Shown: positions 21,733-30,073 of the stretch, in pieces
How the letters are laid out: every line of letters begins with the position of its first letter
Numbering within the stretch: the first letter of the stretch is position 1
DNA from: an archaeon GW2011_AR10
GTDB taxonomy: Archaea; Iainarchaeota; Iainarchaeia; Iainarchaeales; GW2011-AR10
Direction of reading: 5' to 3'
DNA: 32,000 nt
Assembly: GCA_000830275.1 (NCBI GenBank)
Contig: CP010424.1
Location: 990,001 to 1,022,000, forward strand
The notes under the pieces: generated by a model
Told to the model about the DNA's origin: nothing
What the model saw: the letters and a program-made list of their open reading frames with translations, nothing else
The model's database searches: none
Made by a program: the position numbers and the translations under genes

Positions 21733-22473
21733 ATGGATGAAAAACTCTATTTGCCTTTAAGCATTGTGTTTTCTGCTTTAGTCCTTGCAGGAACAATTTT
21801 CTTTGTTGGGGCAGACGTAAGCTCGAAGATGACCGGCCTTGCAACAGCGCTTGGTTCAATTGAGCTTGGCTCTGGTTCTGGCTCTGATTCAGGCGGAAAT
21901 TTGGCTCCTGAGCCAACTCCACAGCAGCCAACTCCTAGTGCTGTTATAGACATGCAGGAGCTTGCAGATGATGATCCTGCAAAAGGTTCCACTGATGCTC
22001 CCGTTACCATCATTGAGTTCTCTGATTTCCAGTGCCCGTTCTGCGGAAGGTTTTATGACCAAGCGCTTTCACAGATCCAAAGCGAATACATTGACACAGG
22101 AAAGGTAAAGCTGATTTACCGAGACTTTCCTTTGAGCAGCATCCACCCGGAAGCACAGCCTGCAGCTGAAGCAGCTGAATGCGCCAACGAGCAGGGCAAG
22201 TTCTGGGAAATGCACAACAAGATTTTTGAAAACCAGGATTCAATGAGCGCTGCTTCCTACAAGCAGTGGGCAGCAGAGCTTGGCTTGAACACAACGCAAT
22301 TCAATTCCTGCCTTGATACGAGTAAGTATGAGGGAGAGGTTCTTGCGGATTTCTCTGATGGTTCAAATGCAGGAGTTTCCGGCACCCCAACCTTCTTCAT
22401 CAATGGCCAGAAAATTGTTGGAGCACAGCCTTTCAGTTCATTCAAGGCAGTGATTGACGCAGAGCTTTCCTAA
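21733..22473 (+). CDS. Membrane-anchored DsbA-family thiol:disulfide oxidoreductase (paralogue 2)
   Basis: The ORF-track start is 21685, but the ATG at 21733 is preceded by GAGGTG at an SD-like distance. TM is LYLPLSIVFSALVLAGTIFFVGA, followed by a Gly/Ser-rich linker. Active site is FSDFQCPFCGRF and cis-Pro loop is VSGTPTFFING. It shares identical nucleotide runs with paralogue 1 (for example GAGCAGGGCAAGTTCTGGGAAATGCA). Confidence 0.8.
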   Translation: MDEKLYLPLSIVFSALVLAGTIFFVGADVSSKMTGLATALGSIELGSGSGSDSGGNLAPEPTPQQPTPSAVIDMQELADDDPAKGSTDAPVTIIEFSDFQCPFCGRFYDQALSQIQSEYIDTGKVKLIYRDFPLSSIHPEAQPAAEAAECANEQGKFWEMHNKIFENQDSMSAASYKQWAAELGLNTTQFNSCLDTSKYEGEVLADFSDGSNAGVSGTPTFFINGQKIVGAQPFSSFKAVIDAELS

Positions 22474-22484
22474 AGGCCTCTGCA

Positions 22485-22516
22485 TTTCTTTTTTTTTCTT
22501 TTTTTCAATTTTTCTT
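22485..22516 (+). terminator. Oligo-T terminator region after the second DsbA gene
   Basis: TTTCTTTTTTTTTCTTTTTTTCAATTTTTCTT begins 12 nt after the stop. Long T runs are the known archaeal termination signal. Confidence 0.45.
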
Positions 22517-22632
22517 GAACTTTTGGAACTAACCTATTTAACCTTTTTCCTCTCCAATCTGTTCATCGGCTTTTGCGCGGAAAACCAAAGGCTTTTAATC
22601 ATTAAAAACCTATGATGTAAAGGTGATATCTC

Positions 22633-22869
22633 GTGGCTAAGGTAATTGTTTATTCAACGCCAAGCTGCCCTTACTGCCATTTAACCAAAGAATTCCTTAA
22701 AAAGAACAAAATTACATTTGACGACGTAAATGTTGCAGCCAACCCTGCCAAGGCAAGGGAAATGATTGAAAAGTCCGGGCAGCAGGGGGTTCCTGTTACG
22801 GATATTGACGGAAAAATAATTATTGGCTTTGACAAGGACGCTTTGAAGAGGGCCCTGCATTTGTCTTAA
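22633..22869 (+). CDS. Glutaredoxin/NrdH-like small redox protein
   Basis: At 78 aa it has the CPYC active site (VIVYSTPSCPYCHLTKEFLKK) and the GVPV...DGK.IIGFD pattern. The GTG start is preceded by AAGGTGA. Confidence 0.8.
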   Translation: MAKVIVYSTPSCPYCHLTKEFLKKNKITFDDVNVAANPAKAREMIEKSGQQGVPVTDIDGKIIIGFDKDALKRALHLS

Positions 22870-22898
22870 AAGGTTTTTTAGTCTCTTAATTTCAAAGA

Positions 22899-24095
22899 AT
22901 GGATGTGTTCAGTGAATCCCTTGCTCTTCACAGGAAGCTCAAGGGCAAGATTTCTGTTTCTTCAAAGCTCCATGTTAACTCAAGGAAAACCCTAAGCCTG
23001 CTTTACACTCCAGGGGTTGCCGAGCCAAGCCGCGCAATTCAACTGAACCCCTCTTCGATTTACGAGCTCACAATAAAGAACAACACTGTTGCAGTTGTAA
23101 GCGACGGGTCAGCTGTTCTAGGCCTTGGAAACATTGGTGCTGAAGCAGCCCTGCCAGTAATGGAGGGAAAAGCAGCTTTGTTCAAGGAATTTGCAGGAAT
23201 TGACTCTTTCCCAATTTGCCTTAAAAGCCAGGACCCTGCAACAATTATTCAAACAGTAAAGGAAATAGCCCCGGTTTTTGGAGGCATAAACCTTGAGGAC
23301 ATTGCCGCGCCAAAATGCTTTGAAGTAGAAGAACAATTGCAGGATTTGGGCATTCCAGTAATGCACGATGACCAGCATGGGACAGCAATAACAGTTCTTG
23401 CAGCAATTATTAATTCTTCAAAAGTTGTTGGAAAAGACTTAGAAGACTTGAGGGTTGTGATAAGCGGGGCTGGAGCAGCGGGTATGGCAGTAACAAAGCT
23501 GCTTCTCTGCATTGGCATTGACCCAAACATTTGCACTTCAGTGAAAAGCATTTGCCTTGTTGACAGCAAAGGCATTATTTTTGAGGGGAGGAGTGGCCTC
23601 AACAGGTTCAAGGAAGAGATTGCAAAGCGCACCAATAGGGAGAAAAGGAAAGGCTCGCTCAAACAAGCCGTTGAAGGAGCTGACGTCTTTGTAGGTGTAA
23701 GCAAAGGAAACCTTCTCTCAAAGCAGATGATCAAGTCAATGAATGCCAAGCCAATTGTTTTTGCAATGGCAAACCCTGTTCCTGAAATAATGCCGGATGA
23801 AGCTCTTGCTGCCGGCGCAGCAGTGGTTGGCACAGGCAGGAGCGATTTTCCAAACCAAATAAACAATGTTCTAGCCTTTCCAGGGGTGTTTCGTGGCGCG
23901 CTTGATTCAAGGGCACTTAAAATCAACAACGAAATGAAGATTGCTGCAGCGCACGCGCTCTCCAAAAGCGTTGAGAAGCCCACTCCAAAAAAGGTTTTGC
24001 CTGATCCGCTTAATAAGTCAGTTGCGCCAAACATTGCCAGGGCAGTTGCGAGAGCTGCTGTTGGGTCAGGCATTGTAAGAAAGCTTTCCCGTTAG
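22899..24095 (+). CDS. NAD(P)-dependent malic enzyme (short prokaryotic type)
   Basis: [73 protein letters not shown] and the dinucleotide fold ISGAGAAG. Confidence 0.9.
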   Translation: MDVFSESLALHRKLKGKISVSSKLHVNSRKTLSLLYTPGVAEPSRAIQLNPSSIYELTIKNNTVAVVSDGSAVLGLGNIGAEAALPVMEGKAALFKEFAGIDSFPICLKSQDPATIIQTVKEIAPVFGGINLEDIAAPKCFEVEEQLQDLGIPVMHDDQHGTAITVLAAIINSSKVVGKDLEDLRVVISGAGAAGMAVTKLLLCIGIDPNICTSVKSICLVDSKGIIFEGRSGLNRFKEEIAKRTNREKRKGSLKQAVEGADVFVGVSKGNLLSKQMIKSMNAKPIVFAMANPVPEIMPDEALAAGAAVVGTGRSDFPNQINNVLAFPGVFRGALDSRALKINNEMKIAAAHALSKSVEKPTPKKVLPDPLNKSVAPNIARAVARAAVGSGIVRKLSR

Positions 24096-24123
24096 AAACT
24101 CACGGCTTTCAGCCCACCGTATT

Positions 24124-24849
24124 TTAAGAAAAAATGGCTAAAGCTGTTGGGTTCAGCGCTTTCGAAGCAGTTATTGCAGCAATGCTTATAATAACTCCAA
24201 ACACAAAAAACTTTATGTCGCCTTTGTCTTTGTCAGGAATCATGTCCCTTATTGCAATGTAAATTATGCCTCCAATCACGAAAGAAAAAAAGTTGTGATA
24301 AATTATGGGGTAAGGGCTTAATAGCAGTGCAACTGCCACTCCTGCAATCGGCGCGATTGACAGGACAAAATTAAGCAGCCTGTTTTTGTTGAAGTGCTCT
24401 TGGATGTGCTGCAGTGAAATAGCCGAGGAAAAACTGTGGATAAGAAGTGGAATGAAAATAACTGCCCCAGTGATTATGTCCTCAAACTGGAAAGCAAAAA
24501 ACAATGCCATTCCCACCACAAACTGGTCTGCAAAAAAACCCGCCACATGGAGTTCTGCCAAATCAGTCATCAGGTCTTTCCTGTTCTTTATGTGCTGGTA
24601 GATGTATTTTTCAGCTATGTGGAAAACTGCAAATCCAAGTACCAGAATAATGAAAACATTGTCCCCGATTATTTTTATTGCCCTGAACACCTCCGGCATA
24701 ACTACTAGAAAAATGTAGGTAATGAACAGCCCAGCTGAAAAGCTCAGCAATTGGGAATGGTATTTTTCAACGTGTTCTCCTAGCTTTCCCGAAAAAATGT
24801 GCACTATTGCCAGCAGGACTGCAAACCCAAAAATGGCTTCGTTGGCCAT
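24124..24849 (-). CDS. Polytopic membrane protein, possibly a divergent ZIP-family metal transporter
   Basis: About 8 hydrophobic segments. LHVAGFFADQFVVGMAL and LLIHSFSSAISL occupy the positions of the ZIP HxxxDGxxxG and HNxPEG motifs, but both are degenerate. The function call is weak. Confidence 0.35.
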   Translation of the reverse strand: MANEAIFGFAVLLAIVHIFSGKLGEHVEKYHSQLLSFSAGLFITYIFLVVMPEVFRAIKIIGDNVFIILVLGFAVFHIAEKYIYQHIKNRKDLMTDLAELHVAGFFADQFVVGMALFFAFQFEDIITGAVIFIPLLIHSFSSAISLQHIQEHFNKNRLLNFVLSIAPIAGVAVALLLSPYPIIYHNFFSFVIGGIIYIAIRDMIPDKDKGDIKFFVFGVIISIAAITASKALNPTALAIFS

Positions 24850-25003
24850 GCTTAAATCAACGCTTTAGAAAAATAAAAATCTTTCACTTCTTATTTTGTG
24901 TATGGTGGCTCCCATTTTTCCCAATTGCCTAGGCAGTTTCTGAAACTTGTGCTGTTCAATTGATGCACAATTATTTATATTAAATTGCTCATTATTTGTT
25001 TGA

Positions 25004-25936
25004 ATGCTTAGAGGGCCTGTTGTGGTTGCTTTGGGCGGAAACGCATTAGCGCCTGAAGGAAAGGGGACTTATGCCGAGTTAAAGCAGAACATCAAGCGCA
25101 GCATTTCCTTTGTGCCAGAGCTCCTCAGAAAGGGAATTAGAACAGTTATTGTTTCAGGTTCAGGTCCTCAGGTTGGGGCACTGCTTTTAGAGAGCGAGCT
25201 CGCAAAAGAAAAGCTTCCGGCAATGCCTTTGGATGTTCTGGATGCACAGCTTGAGGGCTGGCTTGGTTACCTGATTCAGCAGGAGATAAGAAACGAGCTG
25301 CTCAGCAAAAACATTGATGCGGCGGTTGTCACAATTATAACCCAGGTTCTGGTTGACAGGAAAGATATTGCTTTCAAAAACCCAACAAAACCGGTCGGGC
25401 CATTTTATTCAAGGCAGAAGGCAATGCGGCTGAAAAGAAAAGGAATTAGTGTAGTGTTTCAGCAGGGCAGGGGCTGGCGCAGGGTTGTTCCAAGCCCAAA
25501 GCCGTTGAATATTATCGAGCTCAAAACGGTGAAGCACCTCCTAAAAGAAAACATTGCGTTGATTGCTGCAGGCGGCGGTGGCATCCCTGTTTACAAGAGC
25601 AGAGGAAAGCTGAAGGGAGTTGAAGCAGTAATTGACAAAGACTTTGCAGCTGCTTGCTTGGGCAAGGGCATTAAAGCCAAAACTTTTATTGTTTTAACAG
25701 GCGAGGAAAACGTTTTCCTAAATTACAGGAAAAAAAACCAGAAGGCTGTTAGGCGAATGAGCATTCTGGAAGCAAAAAAGTATTTAAGGCAAGGCCAGTT
25801 TCCTGCTGGCAGCATGGGGCCAAAAATTGAGGCAGCAATTGATTTTCTTAAAACAGGGGAAAGGGTAATAATAACTTCCCCTGATTCCTTGCCTAAAGCA
25901 TTGGATGGGAAAGCCGGATCAGTGATTTCAAGGTGA
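25004..25936 (+). CDS. arcC: Carbamate kinase
   Basis: VVVALGGNAL, GSGPQVG, VVTIITQVLVD...AFKNPTKPVGPFY, GRGWRRVVPSPKP, AAGGGGIPV, KGVEAVIDKDFAA and FPAGSMGPKIEAAIDF closely follow the Pyrococcus/Enterococcus carbamate kinase sequence as I recall it. Confidence 0.9.
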   Translation: MLRGPVVVALGGNALAPEGKGTYAELKQNIKRSISFVPELLRKGIRTVIVSGSGPQVGALLLESELAKEKLPAMPLDVLDAQLEGWLGYLIQQEIRNELLSKNIDAAVVTIITQVLVDRKDIAFKNPTKPVGPFYSRQKAMRLKRKGISVVFQQGRGWRRVVPSPKPLNIIELKTVKHLLKENIALIAAGGGGIPVYKSRGKLKGVEAVIDKDFAAACLGKGIKAKTFIVLTGEENVFLNYRKKNQKAVRRMSILEAKKYLRQGQFPAGSMGPKIEAAIDFLKTGERVIITSPDSLPKALDGKAGSVISR

Positions 25937-27249
25937 GGAAGAGAAACGTAATAATTATGGGTGCAGCTGGCAGGGATTTCCATAACTTCAACACCTTTTT
26001 CAGGAGCAACCAGCGCTACAATGTTGTATGCTTTACCGCAGCACAGATTCCCTTCATTGAAAAGCGCGTTTACCCAAAAAGCCTTGCAGGAAAACTTTAT
26101 AAGAGAGGCATTCCGATTTATCCTGAGGAAAAGCTTCCACAGCTTATAAAAAAACTTGGAGCAGATGTTGTTGTTTTTTCTTACAGCGATGTTTCACACG
26201 TTGATGTAATGCATAAGGCATCAATGGTTCTCTCTTCAGGCGCCAGCTTTATGATGTTAGGGCCTAATGACACCATGCTCCGCTCCAAGAAGCCGGTTAT
26301 AGCGGTTTGCGCGGTAAGAACCGGTGCAGGAAAAAGCCCTGCAACAAGGAAGATTTCGCTTTACTTCAAGAATAAGGGCAAAAGGGTTGCAGTAATAAGG
26401 CACCCAATGCCTTACGGCAACCTTGAAGAGCAGGCAGTCCAGCGCTTTTATTCTTTTTCAGACTTGGATAAGTTCAAGTGCACTATTGAGGAACGCGAAG
26501 AGTATGAACCGCACATTCAGAATGGGGTTATTGTTTATGCTGGAGTAGACTATGAAAAGATTCTTGCGCAGGCTGAAAAGGAAGCAGACGTGATAATTTT
26601 TGACGGCGGCAACAACGACTTTTCTTTCATTAAGCCTGACCTGCTGGTTGTGCTGGCTGATGCGTGCAGGCCCGGCCATGAGCTGTTGTTTCATCCAGGG
26701 GAAACAAATTTCAGGATGGCTGATGTGATTATAATCAACAAGGCTGATTTTGCTTCAAAGGCCTCTGTAGAAGAAGTTGAAAAAAATGCCAGGCTGCTTA
26801 ACCCAAATGCAATGATTTTGAAGGCAAAGCTTGAGTTAATTGTTGACAAAGGAAGCCTAATCAGGGGAAAGCGCGTGCTGTGCATTGAGGATGGCCCAAC
26901 ATTAACCCACGGCGGAATGGCTTTTGGTGCTGCATTGATTGCAGCAAAAAAGTTTAAGGCAAAAAAAATTGTGCCGCCAGAAAAATTTGCAGTTGGAACA
27001 CTTAAGGAAATTTATCGCAAATACCCTCATGTTTCATCCGTTCTGCCTGCAATGGGTTACAACGGGAAGCAGGTCAAGGAACTCCAGAAAACCATTAGTA
27101 GTGCGCCAGTTGACGTAGTTATTGATGGAACGCCGGTTAATCTTTCAAAACTGATTAAGATTGGCAAGCCGATTGTAAATGTTGATTATGAGCTGAAGAT
27201 TTTTGGTGGAAAAACTTTATCTGGTGCGTTGAGAAAACTGAAAATCTGA
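25933..27249 (+). CDS. P-loop GTPase-like protein of unknown function. From memory it resembles the COG2403 'predicted GTPase' / cyclic-2,3-diphosphoglycerate-synthetase-like family
   Basis: Walker A is CAVRTGAGKSPATRK, Walker B-like is DVIIFDGGNND and the NKxD guanine-specificity motif is IIINKADF. The N-terminal Rossmann-like segment is VIIMGAAGRDFHNF. The GTG start overlaps the arcC stop (GTGA). Confidence 0.5.
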   Translation: MRKRNVIIMGAAGRDFHNFNTFFRSNQRYNVVCFTAAQIPFIEKRVYPKSLAGKLYKRGIPIYPEEKLPQLIKKLGADVVVFSYSDVSHVDVMHKASMVLSSGASFMMLGPNDTMLRSKKPVIAVCAVRTGAGKSPATRKISLYFKNKGKRVAVIRHPMPYGNLEEQAVQRFYSFSDLDKFKCTIEEREEYEPHIQNGVIVYAGVDYEKILAQAEKEADVIIFDGGNNDFSFIKPDLLVVLADACRPGHELLFHPGETNFRMADVIIINKADFASKASVEEVEKNARLLNPNAMILKAKLELIVDKGSLIRGKRVLCIEDGPTLTHGGMAFGAALIAAKKFKAKKIVPPEKFAVGTLKEIYRKYPHVSSVLPAMGYNGKQVKELQKTISSAPVDVVIDGTPVNLSKLIKIGKPIVNVDYELKIFGGKTLSGALRKLKI

Positions 27250-27294
27250 GAAAAAGATTTAAATAGGCAGATTGCGTATTTCTTCTGGTTTCTG

Positions 27295-28776
27295 ATGAAA
27301 AAATTCAAGATGCTTGTTGGCGGAAAATTGGTTTCTTCCAATTCCGGAAAAACTTTTGTTTCCTTGAACCCTGCAACAGGAAAGCCCTTAGCATCTTTTC
27401 CTTCCGGCAATGAGTCTGATGCAAGGCGTGCAATTGATGCAGCAGAAAAAGCCGGCGAGAAATGGAAAAAAGTGCCGCCGCCAAAAAGAGGCATGGTTCT
27501 GCTGAGGTTTTCCCAGCTTTTGAGGCAACACAAGGAGGAGCTTGCACGGCTTATTGCAACTGAAATGGGTAAGGTTATTGCTGAGTCAAGAGGCGATGTG
27601 CAGGAAGCCATTGACATGGCGGAGTATATTGCTGGAGAGGGAAGAAGGCTTTTTTCGTTTACCACTACAAGCGAGTTGGGCAACAAGTTTGCAATGGCAA
27701 TCAGGGTTCCAGTAGGGGTGTGCGGTTTAATCACTCCTTGGAATTTTCCGGTTGCGATTCCTGTTTGGAAGCTTGCTCCTGCATTAGTTTGCGGCAACAG
27801 CGTTGTTTTGAAGCCGAGCAGTGATACGCCGCTTTGCGCGCTAAGGGTTGTCCAGCTTTTGAGGGAGGCAGGAGTGCCAGATGGAGTGGTAAACCTTGTC
27901 ACTGGCTCAGGCAGCGCAGCTGGCAAGGAACTTGTTGTCAATGAAAGGGTTAGGGCAGTTTCCTTTACTGGAAGCAAGGAAGCAGGGCTGTGGATTGCGA
28001 GGAATGCAGGCATAAAGAAGCTCGGCCTAGAGCTTGGCGGAAAGAATGCAGTAATCATAATGGATGATGCTGACCTTAACCTTGCTCTTGAAGGGGTACT
28101 TTGGGCAGCGTTTGGAACTTCTGGCCAGCGCTGCACTGCTGCAAGCAGGGTAATAATTCATGAGAAAGTAGAAAAAAAGTTCGAGAAAATGCTTGTAGGA
28201 AAAGCCAAGAAGCTGAGGCTTGGCGCGGGGGCCAATCCTTCTAGTGATGTCGGGCCGCTGATTAATAGGGCTGCACTTGAAAAAGTGCACCGCTACACCG
28301 AAATTGGCTTGAGTGAGGGTGCCAAGCTATTGTGTGGCGGCGCTCCTGCAAAGGGCAGGGGCTTTTTCTATAAGCCAACAGTGTTCAGTGGCGTTACCCC
28401 CAAAATGAGGATTGCTCAAGAGGAAATTTTTGGGCCGACAGTTTCCATTATTTCTGTTTCAGGAATTGATGAATCAATCAAGGTTGCAAACTCTGTTGAG
28501 TACGGGTTGAGCAGCAGCATTTACACCAAAAATATATCGAATGCGTTCAAGGCAATTGAGAGAATTGAAGCTGGCCTGACCTATGTAAATTCTTCAACAA
28601 TTGGCTCTGAAGTTCACTTGCCTTTTGGCGGAGTGAAGCACACAGGGAACGGTGCGAGGGAAGGGGGCTGGACCGCAGTTGAAGAATTCAGCGAGCTTAA
28701 GACAGTGTATGTTGATTACAGCGGGAAACTCCAGAAAGCCCAGATAGATGAGTTTGAGGGGAAGAAAAAAAAATGA
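27295..28776 (+). CDS. NAD(P)+-dependent aldehyde dehydrogenase
   Basis: ITPWNFP, VVLKPS, FTGS, ELGGKN, the catalytic Cys context GQRCTAASR and EEIFGP are all present. Length 493 aa. Confidence 0.9.
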   Translation: MKKFKMLVGGKLVSSNSGKTFVSLNPATGKPLASFPSGNESDARRAIDAAEKAGEKWKKVPPPKRGMVLLRFSQLLRQHKEELARLIATEMGKVIAESRGDVQEAIDMAEYIAGEGRRLFSFTTTSELGNKFAMAIRVPVGVCGLITPWNFPVAIPVWKLAPALVCGNSVVLKPSSDTPLCALRVVQLLREAGVPDGVVNLVTGSGSAAGKELVVNERVRAVSFTGSKEAGLWIARNAGIKKLGLELGGKNAVIIMDDADLNLALEGVLWAAFGTSGQRCTAASRVIIHEKVEKKFEKMLVGKAKKLRLGAGANPSSDVGPLINRAALEKVHRYTEIGLSEGAKLLCGGAPAKGRGFFYKPTVFSGVTPKMRIAQEEIFGPTVSIISVSGIDESIKVANSVEYGLSSSIYTKNISNAFKAIERIEAGLTYVNSSTIGSEVHLPFGGVKHTGNGAREGGWTAVEEFSELKTVYVDYSGKLQKAQIDEFEGKKKK

Positions 28777-30068
28777 AGTACATTTGCAGGCCACCGGGAA
28801 GGAAGTCAAGAGAAATAATTGCTCGCGACCTAAAGGTGGTCTCTCCGTCTTATACGAGGGAGTATAGCCTTGTGTACAAAAAAGCAAAGGGCTGCTTTGT
28901 TTGGGATGTTGACAACAGGAAATACCTTGATTTTGCTGCAGGCGTTGCAGTAATGAATGCCGGCCACTCTAATCCCGAGGTAATAAAGGCAATAAAGCAT
29001 CAGCTGAATTTTGGCTTGCATTCTGCGTTCAGCGACTTCTATGCTGAGGTGCCATTAAAGTTCTGCGAGTTTTTGAGTGAGTTCATGCCTAAACCGCTTT
29101 CAAAGGTTTTTTTGAGCAACTCTGGAACTGAAGCAGTTGAATGCGGCTTCAAGCTTGCAAGGTGGCATTCTAACAAGAAGTGGACTGTTGCATTCCAGCC
29201 ATGCTTTCATGGCAGAACAATGGGGAGCCTTTCAATGACCAACTCTAAGCCAGTTCAAAGGGAAAGATTTTCTCCCTTTCTTCCAGTAAAACATGTTCCA
29301 TACCCTTATCCTTACAGGTTCAAGGGAAGCGAGGCTGAGTGCAGCAATTCATCCCTGAATGCTATTGAGAAAGTGTTCAGGAAAAGCAGGGGAAATGTCG
29401 CATCGGTTTTTTTTGAGCCTATAAATGGTGAAGGCGGCTACATTGTTCCTCCAAAAAATTTTGCAAGAGATCTTAGAAAGCTCTGCAATGAGTTTGATGT
29501 GCTGCTTTGCGCTGATGAAGTGCAGTCCGGCTGTTATAGGACTGGAAACTTCCTTGCAATAAACAACTTTAATGTTGTGCCTGACATCGTCTGCTTGAGT
29601 AAAGCTATTGGTGGTGGCATACCTCTCGGCGCAACAATTTCTAAGCCGTCAATAATGGACTGGCCTGCTGGAAGCCACGCAAACACTTTTGGCGGAAACC
29701 TTGTTGCATGCGCTGCCGGCACTGCAACCCTGTCTTTCCTTAAGAAGAAAAAGGCCTACGATAATGCCAGAAAGCTTGGAAAGCACATGATGAAAATTCT
29801 CGAGGAAATGAAGGAAAGGCACGAGATTGTGGGTGATGTTAGGGGCATTGGCTTAATGATTGGCGTTGAACTGGTGAAGGACAAGAAATCCAAGAAGCCC
29901 GCTGTTGGGGAGCGGCAAAAGCTTATGTGCAAGGCCTTAGAGAAAGGGCTTCTTCTTCTGCCGGCAGGAAAAAGCGTTATAAGGATTTGCCCCCCATTAA
30001 TTTTACCAGAATCCGAAGCTGAAAGGGGCCTCGACATAATTGATGACTCGCTTAACGAATTGAAGTGA
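28773..30068 (+). CDS. Class III PLP-dependent aminotransferase (GABA / acetylornithine / putrescine aminotransferase family)
   Basis: LSNSGTEAVE, LCADEVQSGCYRTGNFLA, the PLP-lysine context DIVCLSKAIGGGIPLGA and HANTFGGN. The ATG overlaps the ALDH stop (ATGA). Confidence 0.9.
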   Translation: MKYICRPPGRKSREIIARDLKVVSPSYTREYSLVYKKAKGCFVWDVDNRKYLDFAAGVAVMNAGHSNPEVIKAIKHQLNFGLHSAFSDFYAEVPLKFCEFLSEFMPKPLSKVFLSNSGTEAVECGFKLARWHSNKKWTVAFQPCFHGRTMGSLSMTNSKPVQRERFSPFLPVKHVPYPYPYRFKGSEAECSNSSLNAIEKVFRKSRGNVASVFFEPINGEGGYIVPPKNFARDLRKLCNEFDVLLCADEVQSGCYRTGNFLAINNFNVVPDIVCLSKAIGGGIPLGATISKPSIMDWPAGSHANTFGGNLVACAAGTATLSFLKKKKAYDNARKLGKHMMKILEEMKERHEIVGDVRGIGLMIGVELVKDKKSKKPAVGERQKLMCKALEKGLLLLPAGKSVIRICPPLILPESEAERGLDIIDDSLNELK

Positions 30069-30073
30069 GCTGA

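Noticed and set aside
24932-24946. The 10-bp palindrome TGCCTAGGCA upstream of arcC, and the small AT-rich palindromes near 2584-2659.
   Set aside because: They are short, single-copy and within the range expected by chance in AT-rich promoter DNA. Nothing supports a specific function.
27186-28136. 316-aa minus-strand ORF antisense to the aldehyde dehydrogenase gene. Similar long antisense ORFs occur at 23249-24073, 13018-13572, 11270-11755 and 2930-3340.
   Set aside because: These are shadow ORFs opposite well-supported genes. Their translations are low-complexity (Ser/Pro/Ala/Thr-rich) and carry no motifs.
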